A model generated the notes under the pieces. The model was not told the origin of the DNA and did no database searches. It saw only the letters and a program-made list of their open reading frames with translations. Below are positions 1-13,081 of a DNA stretch of 64,000 nucleotides, piece after piece. Each line of letters starts with the position of its first letter. The stretch's first letter is position 1. Origin of the DNA: Octopus sinensis (taxonomy: Eukaryota); NCBI RefSeq assembly GCF_006345805.1, contig NC_043001.1, forward strand, positions 80,786,001-80,850,000, read 5' to 3'. The translations under genes were made by a program, and so were the position numbers.

Positions 1-539
1 TTTACAACATTTTCGTGGATTAAGAAGTGAATGAATGGTGGTTTTACTTTACAACATGTTGAATTGTATTACATTTTGATATATTGATATCTCTGACAAG
101 TGAATTGTATCACATTCTCATATATTGATATCTCTTGAGAGCCAACATTCCACCAGTCATATCACACCCAAAGCAACCACATAATGTTGGAGACACCCAC
201 ACAAGACACCATACACCATCAATGGTACTTTTATGTGTTTACTTGACTTGCTAGAAATAAGTCATATCTTCATCTCATGCCTTGTCAATTTTAAAGATGG
301 AAAACCACATTGGTATTTGTAATCCTGGATACACTATGCTTATGGTGATTGAATAAAAGGTCATAGCTGGAATGCCTCTGATCATGAATTTACTGTTTCC
401 TGGTGGACCTTGGCTAAGCTACCAAAACTCTCAATTAAACCCACTACCACCACCATCTCTTGATAATGGTACCATTGAACACACAGTACTATTATACAGC
501 ATAGAATTTCATCATTACCATACAAGCACTGCAATATCA

Positions 540-1220
540 GTTATCTTTTATTTATGTCAGTACTTGGACTGTGACCATGCTGGGGAACCATATTGAAGGT
601 TTCTGTTGAATAAACTGCGTCCAGTACTTGTTTGTTTTGTAAGTCTGGTACTTATTCAATGGGTATCTTTTGCCAAACTGCTGAATTATAGGGATGTAAA
701 CAAACCAACACTAGTTAAGTGGAGGTGGGAAAACACACACACGCACACATATGATAGATGAGGTTCTGTAATTTCTTGCTGAAGAACCTGATCAGATGGT
801 TTGTTTATATTCAAATGTTTGTGCTGTATGTTAGCTAACTAAGTTCATCAAATCCCCTGCCTGTACAAGTGTAGGGTGTGCCACAGGTCAGATGTTGAAG
901 TGATAGCAATGTAGCATGAAATGAAGTATTTTGATCAAGAACACAATAGTCTACTTATCCTGGGAATCAAAACCATGATCTGAAGACTGTGAATCCAACA
1001 TCCTTAACCCCTAGGCCATATACCATTTCTCTCTGTCTTTCACATGCACACACACACACTGAGGATCCACAGGTTTTGTCTACCAAATTCACTCACAAGG
1101 TATTAGTTAGCCTGGGGCTATAATAGAAGGCACTTACCCAAAGGTATCGCACTGTGGTACTGAACCCAAAACCATGTGGTTCCAAAGCAAGCTTCTTAGC
1201 CACACAGCCATGCTTGCACC
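540..1220 (-). mobile_element. tRNA-derived SINE type A (OK/OR-like, CORE-like body), split by a type C SINE fragment at about 880-1025
   Basis: Tail part 540-760 and head part 1060-1220 match the full-length copies at 27960 and 57843 in reverse complement. Confidence 0.75.
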
Positions 1221-1344
1221 TATTAGCAATATACAATCAATTACACCATGGGACACAACACTTGCAAACCACTTCTCCATGACTATAACTATTTGGAATC
1301 TTCTACACCACATTTTTATTTTGGACACCTACATTTTAATGATA

Positions 1345-1830
1345 TCCATCTATCCATCACTATTCACTATTCCTGTGAGGGCTGTTTGGGCTAGAGTCCT
1401 CAGGCACCTCCTCTGTAGGGTCCTATCAGAAGCAGCTATCATTGGACCTTTCTACTGGACTACCAAGTGTGACCAACTGGAACTATGGATATTATCCAAC
1501 CATTTACTATGGATATAATAGTCCCACCCATGCTAGCATGGAAGACAGACGTTAAACGATGATGATGATGGTAATGTTACTTTCTTCATCTACTCCTTGG
1601 TTGGCTCAGGTTGAAGAATACATCTTGGAAATCTTGCCTGTAACCACAAGCTTGTAGCACCAAAGCTATGATCTCTCAATGCAGGAGAATTAGTAGGCTC
1701 AACTTGGACAGACTCTCTGATCCCAGAGCTGTGTACCCTGTGAAGTAACACTTAGGTAACTTCAGATATCTTTTTGAGGAATCTCCAGTTTTGCCGCTTG
1801 TACTTGCCATTGTATTCTTTAATGATGCAT
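1345..1830 (-). mobile_element. RTE-clade LINE 3' fragment, decayed, interrupted by a short (GAT)n-tailed SINE end at about 1520-1570
   Basis: Minus-strand translation gives RFLKKIS..LHRVHSSGIRESVQVEP.. and KWLDNIHSSSWSHL..DRTLQRRCL, resembling the RTE ORF C-terminus; ATGG-type tail at about 1345; homologous to 8270-8640 and 41750-41990. Confidence 0.75.
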
Positions 1831-2232
1831 GCTATGTAAAATATTTTAAACCTATCTTTCTATCATTGTTTTCTTCCACCAAGAATTTACAAGAAAAAAT
1901 AATTGTGAGAAAAAGGAAAGAAATCAAAATTCTATTGAAATCCATTGTTCAGTGGTAAAGTAGGAAAAATTTAAACAAACAAGGCTATTTGATTGAGATT
2001 CTTGTAATATTGGCTAAACCATGATTCTTCAATAAGCTAGCTAATTGCTTTTGTTGAGTTAAAGGCCTCTTTTAGCAAGAGACCCCATTATTGTGTATAT
2101 GTGTGTATCTGTGTGTATGTGTATACATGACTGAAAGAATTGCTTATCAGTTCTTAGAAAGTATTATACCAATGTCTCTCTTTCTCGCCCCCTCTCTGTC
2201 TCTCCCTTCTCTTTCTCTCTCTATCTCTCCCT

Positions 2233-2274
<42 letters not shown>

Positions 2275-3224
2275 ATTATTTGTCTGTTGTAATGTAAATA
2301 TGTTTGTTGCCATCCGGCCATTAACAAAAGACTGTAAATAGGAAGTATAAGCTGGAAATGCTTGTCTCTTAATAACAATGTTCTTTTTCCGGTGTGGGTA
2401 GGGGGTGACGGGTGTATGGCCATTTTTTTCATTCTGACATAGCTGTGTGTGTGTGTGTGTGTGTGTATATGTTGATGTTCATAAATGTTTGTGTGAGAGG
2501 ATAGGAAATGATAAAGTCTCTCTTTCCTACTTATCATTCAGTTTCATCTCATTTCAGTAGCTTTCTCTCTTCCCCCTCTCTTTCATTATATATATATATA
2601 TATATATATATTCATTTATTCATTCTTTCTTTTGCTCTCCTCTCATTCATTGTTTATCTCAATTTGTTCCAAGTACTTAAGATAAAAATATTTGCTCAAG
2701 ATCTTCAATCTCAACTGACCAAACACAATTTCACTGCCACTCCCCCTACCCATCCCATGTGCCACTTCTGCCTGACACCTCCTCCCCCGTTTCCTTTCTC
2801 CCATTATTCTCTTCTCCCAGCCATATCTTTCTTCTTCCTTTTAACTATACTTCTTTTGTTACATCTAATTCCCAAGTTCAAATCCTACTGGGGTTAACGT
2901 TTGTGTTTCCGGGGGTCATGTCTTTTAAAATAAAGTACTAGACATGTTCCAACTCAATTAAATTAACAATACCCCGCCCTCTAATTTATGACCTTTGGTC
3001 TAGTTCAGAAATTTCTCTGCTGCTTTAACTGACAAACACTTGTTCTTTGCCTTATTGAGTTGGCTGTCATTACAGCATCAGAAAAATTGCCATCCAGCAT
3101 TTATTCTGGCACTTTACGTTCTGAGTTCAAATCCCACTAAGGTCGATCTCCCTTTCATTTTTTTGATGGGCTTCCATGTAGTTTCCATCTACCAAATTCA
3201 GTCATAAGATGTTCTTTTCTACTC

Positions 3225-3435
3225 TAGGCACAAGGCCCGAAATTTTTGGGGGAGGGGTCCTGTCAATTACATTGACTCCAGTACACAACTGGTACTTAAT
3301 TTTCGACCCTGAAAGGATGAAAGGCAAAGTAGACCTCAGAATTTCAGCTCAGTACATAAAGATAGACAAAATACCACTAAACATTTCACCCAGTGTACTA
3401 ACACTTCTGCCAGCTTGCTGCCTTTCAGCCATAAG
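3225..3435 (-). mobile_element. tRNA-derived SINE type B (Meta-like central domain)
   Basis: actggtacttaattttcgaccctgaaaggatgaaaggcaaagtagacctc is the reverse complement of the type B body seen at 22061-23065. Confidence 0.8.
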
Positions 3436-3715
3436 ATGTTGGTTGGCCAAGCCTGTATAAAAAAAAAAAATTAAAATATCCATGCTGATATCAATATAGC
3501 ACTCACTTTTAAATGAATTTAGTTAACTATATCCAATAAACGCAAGCAGAATACACATCCAAAGTAATTTGTCATGTATGACAAGTAAATCCAAATATCG
3601 TTTAGAAGAATTTCAAGAAATTCAGAGTATCAGACAACAAAAATACTAATAGAGAAATATATATATATACATACACATGTTTATGTACATGTATATATGT
3701 TTATGTATGTGTGTG

Positions 3716-3965
3716 AAGGCACATAGCCTAGTAGTGGGTTAAGATCATGATCACGAGATTGAGGTTTTTACTTCCTGCACCAAGCAGTTCCATTGTGTTC
3801 TTGAGCAAAACACTTCAGTTCAGATTGTTCCAGTCCACTCGTCTGTAAATGAGCAGTCCTGCAATGAACTGGATTTCTGTTCAAGTAGATTGTTGTGATC
3901 GCAGTCATTTTACATGCCAGGAAATGGGGCAACTGGCTTTATGAGTCCTGAGACTCAAGACAATA
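3716..3965 (+). mobile_element. tRNA-derived SINE type C
   Basis: tRNA-like head (gaaggcacatagcctagtagtgg), body gttcttgagcaaaacacttc..ccagtccactc shared with 9642, 9785 and 37862. Confidence 0.75.
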
Positions 3966-4419
3966 CTTAACTTATCTCCTATAGCATACATGACCCCAGA
4001 TCATCATGCTCCACTGAAGACAGACATGAATACACACACACACACACACACACACAAATGATTTCTGCTTCCACCATCAATGCACTCTCATTTCCCCCCC
4101 TCTTTCTCTGCTATGTATACTTTTTCAATGTGACTTTACTGAAAATATTGTGTTTTCAAGTTTTGAATATTTGTAATTGCTGCCACTTAAACTCTGAAAC
4201 AGTAGTACATAGAATGATGGCTTCAGAAGGGTGATATTTTACAAAAATAAAAATTTAAAAAAAAAGCATCACTATCATTATTACCATCATTATCAATGGC
4301 AGCAGTAGTTAGTTTTGGCACTATTTGCAACATCAACTGCAGTAGCAGCAGCACTACTGCTTTTAATTTCCATTATTTACATTAAACTATCAACACCATC
4401 AGTGATTTCAGAATTGCGA

Positions 4420-5360
4420 CAATCCACCCATCTATCTATCTATCTATCTATCTGTCTGTGCTTTGACTCTCTTTCTCTTATTTCTCTTTCTCATTCTCTT
4501 TGTTTCTTGCTCTATATGTTGACTTGTCGATGTATCCTCTCTCTCTCTCTTCCTTGTCTGTATATCTGTATTTCTCTTTCTCTCTTGCTCTGTACATTGG
4601 TCTTTCAGTAAAATCTCTCTTGTTCTTTCATTCTATCTATGTCAGTCTCTCTTTTTCTGTATGTTGGTCTGTCTCTGTCTCTCTTCCCTTTCTCTCTTGC
4701 TCTCTCTATATATCTGTCTTTCTATATATCTCCCCCATTCTCTCTCATACTGTTTATGTTGGTCTGTTAATGCCGCCCCACCCCTCTCTCTTACTTACCG
4801 CCTTTTCTCTATGTCTGCATTTTATTCTGTCCTCTCTTGATTCTCTCACTTTCCTCTTAACTTTTAACACTTCTACACACATATACACATTCTCTCTCTC
4901 TCTCAGTTTTCCTACCCCTCCCTCTACTACCACCAATATTTCTTTATCTTGCTCTACTATCCTTTAACTGTCCTCCCTGCATGACATAGTCTAAATGCTT
5001 TCCCCCTTCTCTCTGTTTTACTGATTCTTTCTCACTATCAAACTATCCCTTCCTCTTTCTTCTCCCTCCAACTCTGACTTTTTACTCTGCCTATCATTCT
5101 ACTTCATTGAATCAATATTTGATTATTACCTCCCCACTCTCTATTCTTCCCTTCTCACCCTCTCACCCTCACTATCTCCCTTACTGTATCTCTCCTTTTT
5201 GCTCTCTCCCTTTCCTCTTATTCATCTCTCCTCTACTCCATTCTCCCTTCTCTCCTTCTCTTCCTTTCACTCCCATTTATTCCTCTTACCCTGTCTCCTA
5301 CTTCTCTCTCCCTTTCCATTTCCTCTCTATCTCCCTCTCACTCCCTATTATATGATCTCA
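4420..5360. repeat. About 950-bp CT-rich low-complexity polypyrimidine tract
   Basis: Strong C/T strand bias with (CT)n, (TATC)n and CTCCC variants; source of several spurious ORFs. Confidence 0.9.
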
Positions 5361-5907
5361 CTTTTATTTCTTCTTTCTCTCCCAACAATAATCTACAGCA
5401 ACAGTAGCAACAACAATAATAATATTCTATCCCAGTTTACAACTGCCACACTCTTCCAAAAACACATCATTTATCATTAATATCTAAAAATCCTTCCTTA
5501 ATGACTACCTCCTCCCATCTTTGGAAGCATTCTGTCAAACTTCCTCTTGTACACATCCATTCTGATTTTCTTTGGCATTTTGTCAATTCCATGTATGTGC
5601 ATAAGACTGTAGGAAATGGAGGTGCATCAATGTCTGCCTGTATCTTGATGCATGTAGATGTTCATGTTTGTTTGAGAGCGTAGAAATGTATTAGCACACA
5701 CACACATACACACACACAAATAAATATAAATGCTTGGCATTTATGTGCATGCATATCTACACACATTACTGTCTGTGAGAAAGCTGCAGCAGAGAATATT
5801 TGTCTGTTTTCAGTCCTAACCAAAATTACCTCCTAAGCTGAAGAATTCTTTCCTTGAAACAACTTTAGATTAGTTCAGTTGAATATCCTGTTGAATTATT
5901 ATTAACT

Positions 5908-6343
5908 GAGTGAGAGAGAGCAGCACATGGCATCAAAGTGACATTCGGGTAAAAATATATGAAACCCAAAATAGCCATCATGACTACCCATCTGATAAGG
6001 GTGCACCAGGCACATGCATCACAAATATGTGCCCGACATGGTGATCTCCTTTCAAAATAAACAGCGCATGACCTTGCAGGTGGGGCACAGTTTGAATTTT
6101 CTTCAGGTCAAGTAGCTCGTACTGCTCAAAAGGTCCCTGAGTAAGGGTTTTTTATGGATGTTGAATGAAACACTTATGTTTCCAGAGGGGAATTATTCAA
6201 ATCCCAAAGAATTCCTCTCAACACATGGCTATGATGCTCCCCCACTACTTCTGCTCATGATCAGAGATGCACATATTATTAGCCAGTGAGGGACATGCTC
6301 AACTGGTTATGGTCAAACAACTGACAAGCAAATCTGTGGTATT
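5908..6343 (-). mobile_element. About 500-bp interspersed retroposon-like repeat, truncated copy
   Basis: Colinear homology with 32356-32875 (gactacccatctg..aagggt..accaggcacat; gatgctcccccactacttctgc); ATT-type tail remnant at the low-coordinate end. Confidence 0.85.
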
Positions 6344-8269
6344 CAGGGAGTTTCTCAGCTATTTCTCCCCAACTCCAGTACTATACATGATTAGCATTTC
6401 ATCTGGCTTAACATTTTGTGTTCAATTTTGCTGAAGTTGGCTTGCCTTTCATCATGTTAGGGTCAATGAAATAAGTACCAGTTGTGTGTTGGGTTGAGAT
6501 AGTTGACTTGCTCCCCCCCCCAACCTCTCTACCCACATTTCAAACCTTGTGCCTATAGTAGAAAGGATTATTATTATCATTGTACCAAACAGATTTCATG
6601 TTATTAAAGTTTTTATGTTTTTTCCTATTTGTTTTATTTTTTTCCCTCAGTAATTAAGATATAAATCAATGTAAAAGAAATAAAAAAAAAGAAATTAAAA
6701 TCATTAAATTAGGATAGGGAAGGATTTTCTATTATCTTTGTTTTTGTTTTTAATTCTCCATTGTAGTCTTTTTTTAAGGTTTTGTTTGTTTTCCTTTAGC
6801 TTGTTTCTTTTTTTTTTGGTAGTTGGGTGGGGGCCTTCTTTAACCTTTTTAGTTTTATTTATTGTTTTTGGACTTCCTCATCTTAGCCTTTGTTCCCTCC
6901 TCCCTAGCATTTTTCTCACTGATGATGAGAATGTTGCTTTTAGTGTCTGTGTGTAATAAACGATTGTGTATATAATAGGGTAAACACAATTGCCTGTTTA
7001 AACAATCTTTTTTTTTTTTACCACTCTGTTGATGATGATGACGATAATTACTTAGTTATCCTTTTGTTTGTTGGTTTTTATTATTTTTCTTTTCCTTTTT
7101 TGTGGGGAGCCCACCAGCCATCCTTTAAATTTTTTACAATTACAAATTTGAAAAAAAAAGGAGATAAAATAGAACCTTTTCAAAGTAAGCTGTTGAAATT
7201 AAGACTTTCAGTTTTTTTGTAAACTTGTGTAGCAAAAAAATTTAAATAAATAATATGATTAATATATAAAAATAAATAAGCAAGTGAAGGCAGGGAAATC
7301 TCTCCCCACTTTCTCTCACACTATCTCTCTCATACATGTTCTCTCTTTGTATATCTGTTTGTTTATTTTAGATGATAAGTCAAAATTAGTTTTCAATTTC
7401 TAACAATGATGTAAGAAGACCTTAAAGTTTGTGTGTTTATGAATGAAAAAGGAATAAAAATTAATTGGATTTTTTTTTTATGATATTAATTGCTACATGC
7501 TTTTTTTCCATCCCAACTTTTGTTTTATTCCTATCGTTGCCTGATATAATTTAAAAATTCATTTTATTTTGTAATTAAATAAAACTACAGAGTGGTTTTA
7601 TTCAAATGCCTCCTTGTGACATGCCATTTTTGGGGGGAATATGTTGTCTTTTTTATTCTGTTTGATGACTGTATTTTCTTTGCATTTTGCTTTCAGTTAC
7701 CTAGCACACCATTTCTCTCAGTCTGTATATCTATCTGTCTATACATCTAATATGCTTTGCTTGGTTTCTCTCTATTAAGCTTTATCCATAAGATATTGAT
7801 GAACCCAAGGTCATGGTAGATGAGGTTTACATTGGTAGGAAACCAAATGGTGGAATATAAAAAGATGTGCATTGGCGGAAGTTTGAGTGCGTATTGGTAG
7901 GTGATGAAGTGTACCCTGGTAGAATGTGGGTGTACATTAGTTGAACTCAAAGTAAGTTATGGAATGGATTGGGTTTATCATTATTGTTTTAACATCCACA
8001 TTTCTATGCTTGCATAGGTCAGATGAAGTTCATTGAAGCAGATTTTTTTATTCCATGACTAGATGCCCTTCCATCACCAACCCTCATCTGCTTGCAAGCA
8101 GGCAAAATAATCCAGTCTATATAACAATGAACATAGTTACATGGTGAACTGGGAACACACAACACTGTTTGGATGAGCATTTGGTTTACAAAGACCATAT
8201 ATGTCAAAACACATTAAGAAATCTAGACATGCTTTTGTAGTGGACTACAAAAAAAGGAGGCCACTTTTT

Positions 8270-8640
8270 TATCCATCCATTTTCTCAGCCCGCTATTCCT
8301 GTGAAGGAGATGGAAGTTGAATCCTTAGGCAACTCCTCCATAAGGTCTTACATTAACTGAAGCAACTGTCATTAGACTTTCTGGCTGGTTTTCCAAGCAT
8401 GACCAACTAAGACTATGTTTATCTGCCATCCATCTCATTCTTGGTCTACTGCAAGGTCTCCTACTAGTTGACTTAATGAATCTGTCTTGCAACATTCTAA
8501 TCATGTATAGTACTGGAGTTGGGGAGAAATAGCTGAGAAACTCCCTGATCACTGAGCTTCATACCCTCTTAAGTCAATTTACTCCAGAGATCCTTCGGAG
8601 GAACCTATTTTGGTCACTACTATTCCTGGTCATATTCTTT
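8270..8640 (-). mobile_element. RTE-clade LINE 3' fragment, decayed
   Basis: Translation FLRRISGV..IRE..IRMLQDR..STSRRPCSRPRMRWM..LSWSCL..QPESLMTVA; ATGG tail at about 8270. Confidence 0.8.
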
Positions 8641-9198
8641 TGAAACAGCCATTTATATTTCCTTAATTACAGACTTTTAGGTTTTGTGTTCAAAATCTCT
8701 GCAGTTACTGTGGCAGTGTTGTTTTAGAATGAACTCTCTACAAGTTAAAAGCAAAGTACTTTGCTTTGCACAAACTTCTAAGTTCAAAATTGTTGTTGAC
8801 ATTGTCATATCTGCAAACAACACTTTATTCTACATTGACACTTTCTTTTACATTACTAGTTCACGTAGCTCTTAGGAATAGATTCCACATCATCTGAGAA
8901 TTTTTCCTGCAGTAAATCTGACATTCTATTCAGAAGATTTATCTTTCATGTACTTAATACCATGAAATTTTAGCAAAGTATCAGCTCTTAAACCCCTCAC
9001 TCCACCCCACCCACTTCACCCTTGAGACTTGATAGGGTTTCGCATGAAATGAGCCGGCTAGATGTGGCTGTTTGGATATTGACAATTTGGCATGGGTGGT
9101 CGAACATTAAACCATTTTTGGTGACTGTATGTTTTGGCACTAGAAGCAAACACATCCACACACATGCACAAATACAGAGAAAAAGAAAGAGAGAGAAT

Positions 9199-9229
<31 letters not shown>

Positions 9230-9280
9230 ACATAACTAGATATTGATATGCATAAAGAGAGAGAGAGAGAGGGATATTAA

Positions 9281-10115
9281 CCCACATGTTACCATATTTC
9301 TGTTGAAAGACAGTTTTTGTTCTAAGTAATTTTGAAAGTAATGAAGAATTTAGTAAAATAACTTATTAGGGACTAGCTGGTAGAATTGCTAGCATGCCAG
9401 AAAATGCTTAGTAATATTTTGTCTGTCTTTACATTCTCAGTTCAAATTCTGCCAAGGTTGACTTTTCCTTTCATTCTTTTGGGGTCAATGAAATAAGTAT
9501 CAGTTGAATATTGAGATTGATGTAATTGACTAACTTTTCCCCCAAAATTTCAGGCATTGTGCCTATAGTTAAAAGAATTAAGCTAGTGTTTATAACATAA
9601 ATCAATATGAAGTTTTGATGGAAAGTTTTAATTTAAATATGGAGGCATGTGGCTTCTTGGTAGTGTTGGACTCCCAATTATAAGGTTGTGGTTTTAATTT
9701 CTGGACCAGGCTATGAGTTGAGCAAAACACTTCATTTAATGTTGCTCCAGTTCACTCAGCTGTAGAAATGAGTATCACTAGTAGAGGCACATTGCTTAGT
9801 GGTTATGATGTTAGATTCATGACCATAAGATTGTGGTTTCAATCCCTAGACCGGGTGTTCCGTTGTGTTCTTGAGCAAAACACTTCATTTCATGTTGCTC
9901 TAGTCCACTCAGCTGTAGAAATGAGTTTAGCCTGGAAAGGGCTGGCTGGGCTCCACCAAGCTTTCTTGCCCTAGATATGCTGCATGGTTGCAACACCCTA
10001 ATGACCCACAAGGGGTTAAGGGATTTGTCATTGTTATTTAGTGTAAATCACTTTAAAATAAAAAGTTTATATTATAGGACCAAGGGCAGTTTCACGTGGC
10101 TTGGTATCCAAAAGG
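9281..10115 (+). mobile_element. piggyBac-type MITE family 2 with nested SINE insertions
   Basis: TTAA at 9277-9280 and 10116-10119; ends cccacatgttacc / ggtatccaaaagg; internal segments match 44291-44789. Confidence 0.75.
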
Positions 10116-10801
10116 TTAAAACTGGAGAACCGTTTAAACATCTGACAAATAAGTCAGTAACTCTACCTAAATAGACTGTGCCATAGTGTCTCCTACCTAG
10201 TTTTACATGTACAAACTACTGATAAGAATAGACACTTCTTTTGAAAATATGGCAATGAATGGAAAAGGAAGGGATTGGGGGAGAATCTAGGATGGGTGGG
10301 ATACCTTGAAACTTGTTTCTAGCAGTAATTGTTCTGACTACATCTGTTGTACTGTAGGTGACATAGGTGCTTCAGTTTTCCTTGTTTAAAGAAGATTTTG
10401 TACTCAGGTGGTCTAATAATGTGCTTACATATGTGAGTTTAGTTATTGATGTGTATAATTATGTATGTGTATGTAATGGTACTTGATTGTGTAATATATA
10501 TACGTGTGAGGTGTGTGTCAGGATGTGTGGGAATCATTGCACTGACATGTCCTGGTATCTTATCTACAATGGTGTGACTAAATAATTGAGTAAACTCGAG
10601 TGAATTATTAGTATTACTGTTTAGTGCTTCTATGCGTAAGATTGTGTGTCTGTGTGGTTTTTTTTTTACTCACTGTATACAGGTCACATATATCAGGATC
10701 ATAAAAGGTTTTAATATCTGGGCGTGGTATTAATACACTTATTCACACAAAAACTATATACAAATTCAATTTGATACAAACATATATGCTTTGAAACATA
10801 A

Positions 10802-10802
<1 letters not shown>

Positions 10803-10853
<51 letters not shown>
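10803..10853. repeat. (CA)n microsatellite
   Basis: Perfect CA run. Confidence 0.95.
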
Positions 10854-10856
<3 letters not shown>

Positions 10857-11004
10857 CTTTAGTGATCTTTTGGTGGTTATAGAAAGTGTAACTAATGAAA
10901 GTTTAATGAATTCAAATGCCTTTGTACATGTAAAAGTGTAACAAACCACTAAGTGCATGCCACATATGTGTGTGTGTATGTATATATATATATATATATA
11001 TACA

Positions 11005-11157
11005 AATGGCTGTGTGTCAAAAAGTTTACTTCATAACTGCATAGTTCCGGGTTCAGCCCCACTGCATAGCATTTTTTGGGCAAGTGTATTCTGCTATAGC
11101 CTCAGTTCTACCAAAGCCTTGTTAAGGGATTTGTTTGGCAGAAACTGAAAGCAGCTC

Positions 11158-11201
<44 letters not shown>

Positions 11202-11380
11202 TGTGTTTATACTCCACCTCCACACACCACTTTACTTCAATGTTGGTATGTTTACATCTCTGTAACTCAGAGGTTCAGCAAAAGGGACCTACGGAATAAG
11301 TACTGGAATTGATACGTTCTACTAAAATTCGTGAAGGTGGTGCATGGCTGCAGTCTAATTGCTTGAAACAAGTAAAAGAA
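11005..11380 (+). mobile_element. SINE type A with internal (TG)n
   Basis: Head ggctgtgtg..gggttcagccccactgc..ttgggcaagtg, tail catggctgcagtctaattg. Confidence 0.8.
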
Positions 11381-11999
11381 ACCATTATCTGTATGTATTT
11401 GCTCAAGAACACAATGCACCACCTGGCCTGTGAATTGAAACCAGAATCTTGTGATCCTGAGTGCAAAACCATAACCATACACACAGACATGCTTTTATTA
11501 TTGATTGGCTGAAGTTACAGAGTGACTCTACTCAAATCACCTGTGCCAACATGGAAGATAGCTGTTAAATGACAACATTCATGTGTGTGTGTTGTGGTGT
11601 ACTCTCCTGTTGTAAATGACAGATGAGAGTTCTGCAACTTTTGCTGAACGTCCTGCACAAGTGATTTCTTTATAGTTATGAAACATCTGTGATGTACGTT
11701 AGCTCACTCCCTCCACCACATCGACATTGTCTCTGCAGGTGCACAGTATGTTACCTTTCAGATGTGGAAGTGATTGCAGAGCAACATGAAATAAAGCGTC
11801 CAGTAACTCAAATCACCACCCAATTCATGAATTGAAACCATGGTTTTGTGACTGTGAGTGCACATGTTAGTTTCTGAGTGTGTACTTGTTAGTGTATGTT
11901 TATTTGTAAATTTTCGTCACTGTGTTTTCGTGTGTGTGTAAGAGAGAGAAAGATAGCATTTAGGTGTACATTTGTGTGAAAGTCTTAATGTATATATGA

Positions 12000-12295
12000 G
12001 TGATGGTTGTGTGTGTATCTGAGAGAGATTGGTTGCATACGTACATGTGTGTGTATGTGCAAGTTAGAGATTGGTTGTGTATGTGCAAGTTAGAGATTAG
12101 TTGTGTATGTATGTATACAAAAGAGATTGGTTGTGTATATATGTATGAATGCAAGTGAGATTGGTTGCACATATATGAATTTGAAAGTTTGATTGCCTAT
12201 ATATGTACATGAGAGAAATTTGTTGTGCATATACATATACAAAAGATATAGTATGTATGAATGTACATACATGAAAGACTGGTTGTGTATGTATA
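12000..12295. repeat. Degenerate minisatellite, unit GAGATTGGTTGTGTATGT.. (about 25-35 bp)
   Basis: About 8-9 recurring gagattggtt or gagattagtt anchors. Confidence 0.85.
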
Positions 12296-13081
12296 TGTTT
12301 AAATACATCAAGTTATTTTCTAACATGTTTTCATTGGTATCGATAACTGGCTTGTCTTCTTACACCATAGCCACGCCATATCAAAAGACAGTTTGCACCA
12401 GACTCTTTTACAATTCATCCACATCGCCATCATATTATTATCACCATTCCATCTTTTTCATTTCATCATCCAATTTCATATCAGTTGCAAAACAGATTTC
12501 ATTTGGAAAATGTAAGCACCATTAAAATTCATTTCCAAAAGAACTTGTGAATTCATTTCCAAAGAACCTGTTGTGTAAAATGCTAAAGATGTAGAATTAT
12601 GAGTGGGTGTTTTTTTATTTATATTTTTAATTTTTATTTGTTTTTATTTTTAGCTATATTGCAGCACTTGTTTTGACCTAATATTTCTCCCTCTCCTTAT
12701 CTCTTCTTTCTCTCCACTCTCTCTCCTTCTCTTTCTCATACCCTTCTCTCACCCTCTCTTTTTCACCCCCTCTTTCTCCTTTTCTTTCTCACCCCTTCTT
12801 TCTCTCTCTCTTTCTCATCCCCTCTCTTTCCCTCTCTCTTCATCACTCATATGTTCATTTAATACGTTGATCCTATAACAGCATCAACAATTAATGCATT
12901 TATTGCATGTATAGTAGGTATAAATGGTTTGTAGAATGTTTGGTTTGGCTCAGGACAGTTGAAAATATCCAGTCAGACAATGATGGCTCATTTACTGTTT
13001 CAGTTTGGTCCTATGACAGAACTTATCCAGTGGTCATCTTAGTTGGTCTCAATTCCAAACTGGAAGCCAATAAAATGTTAC

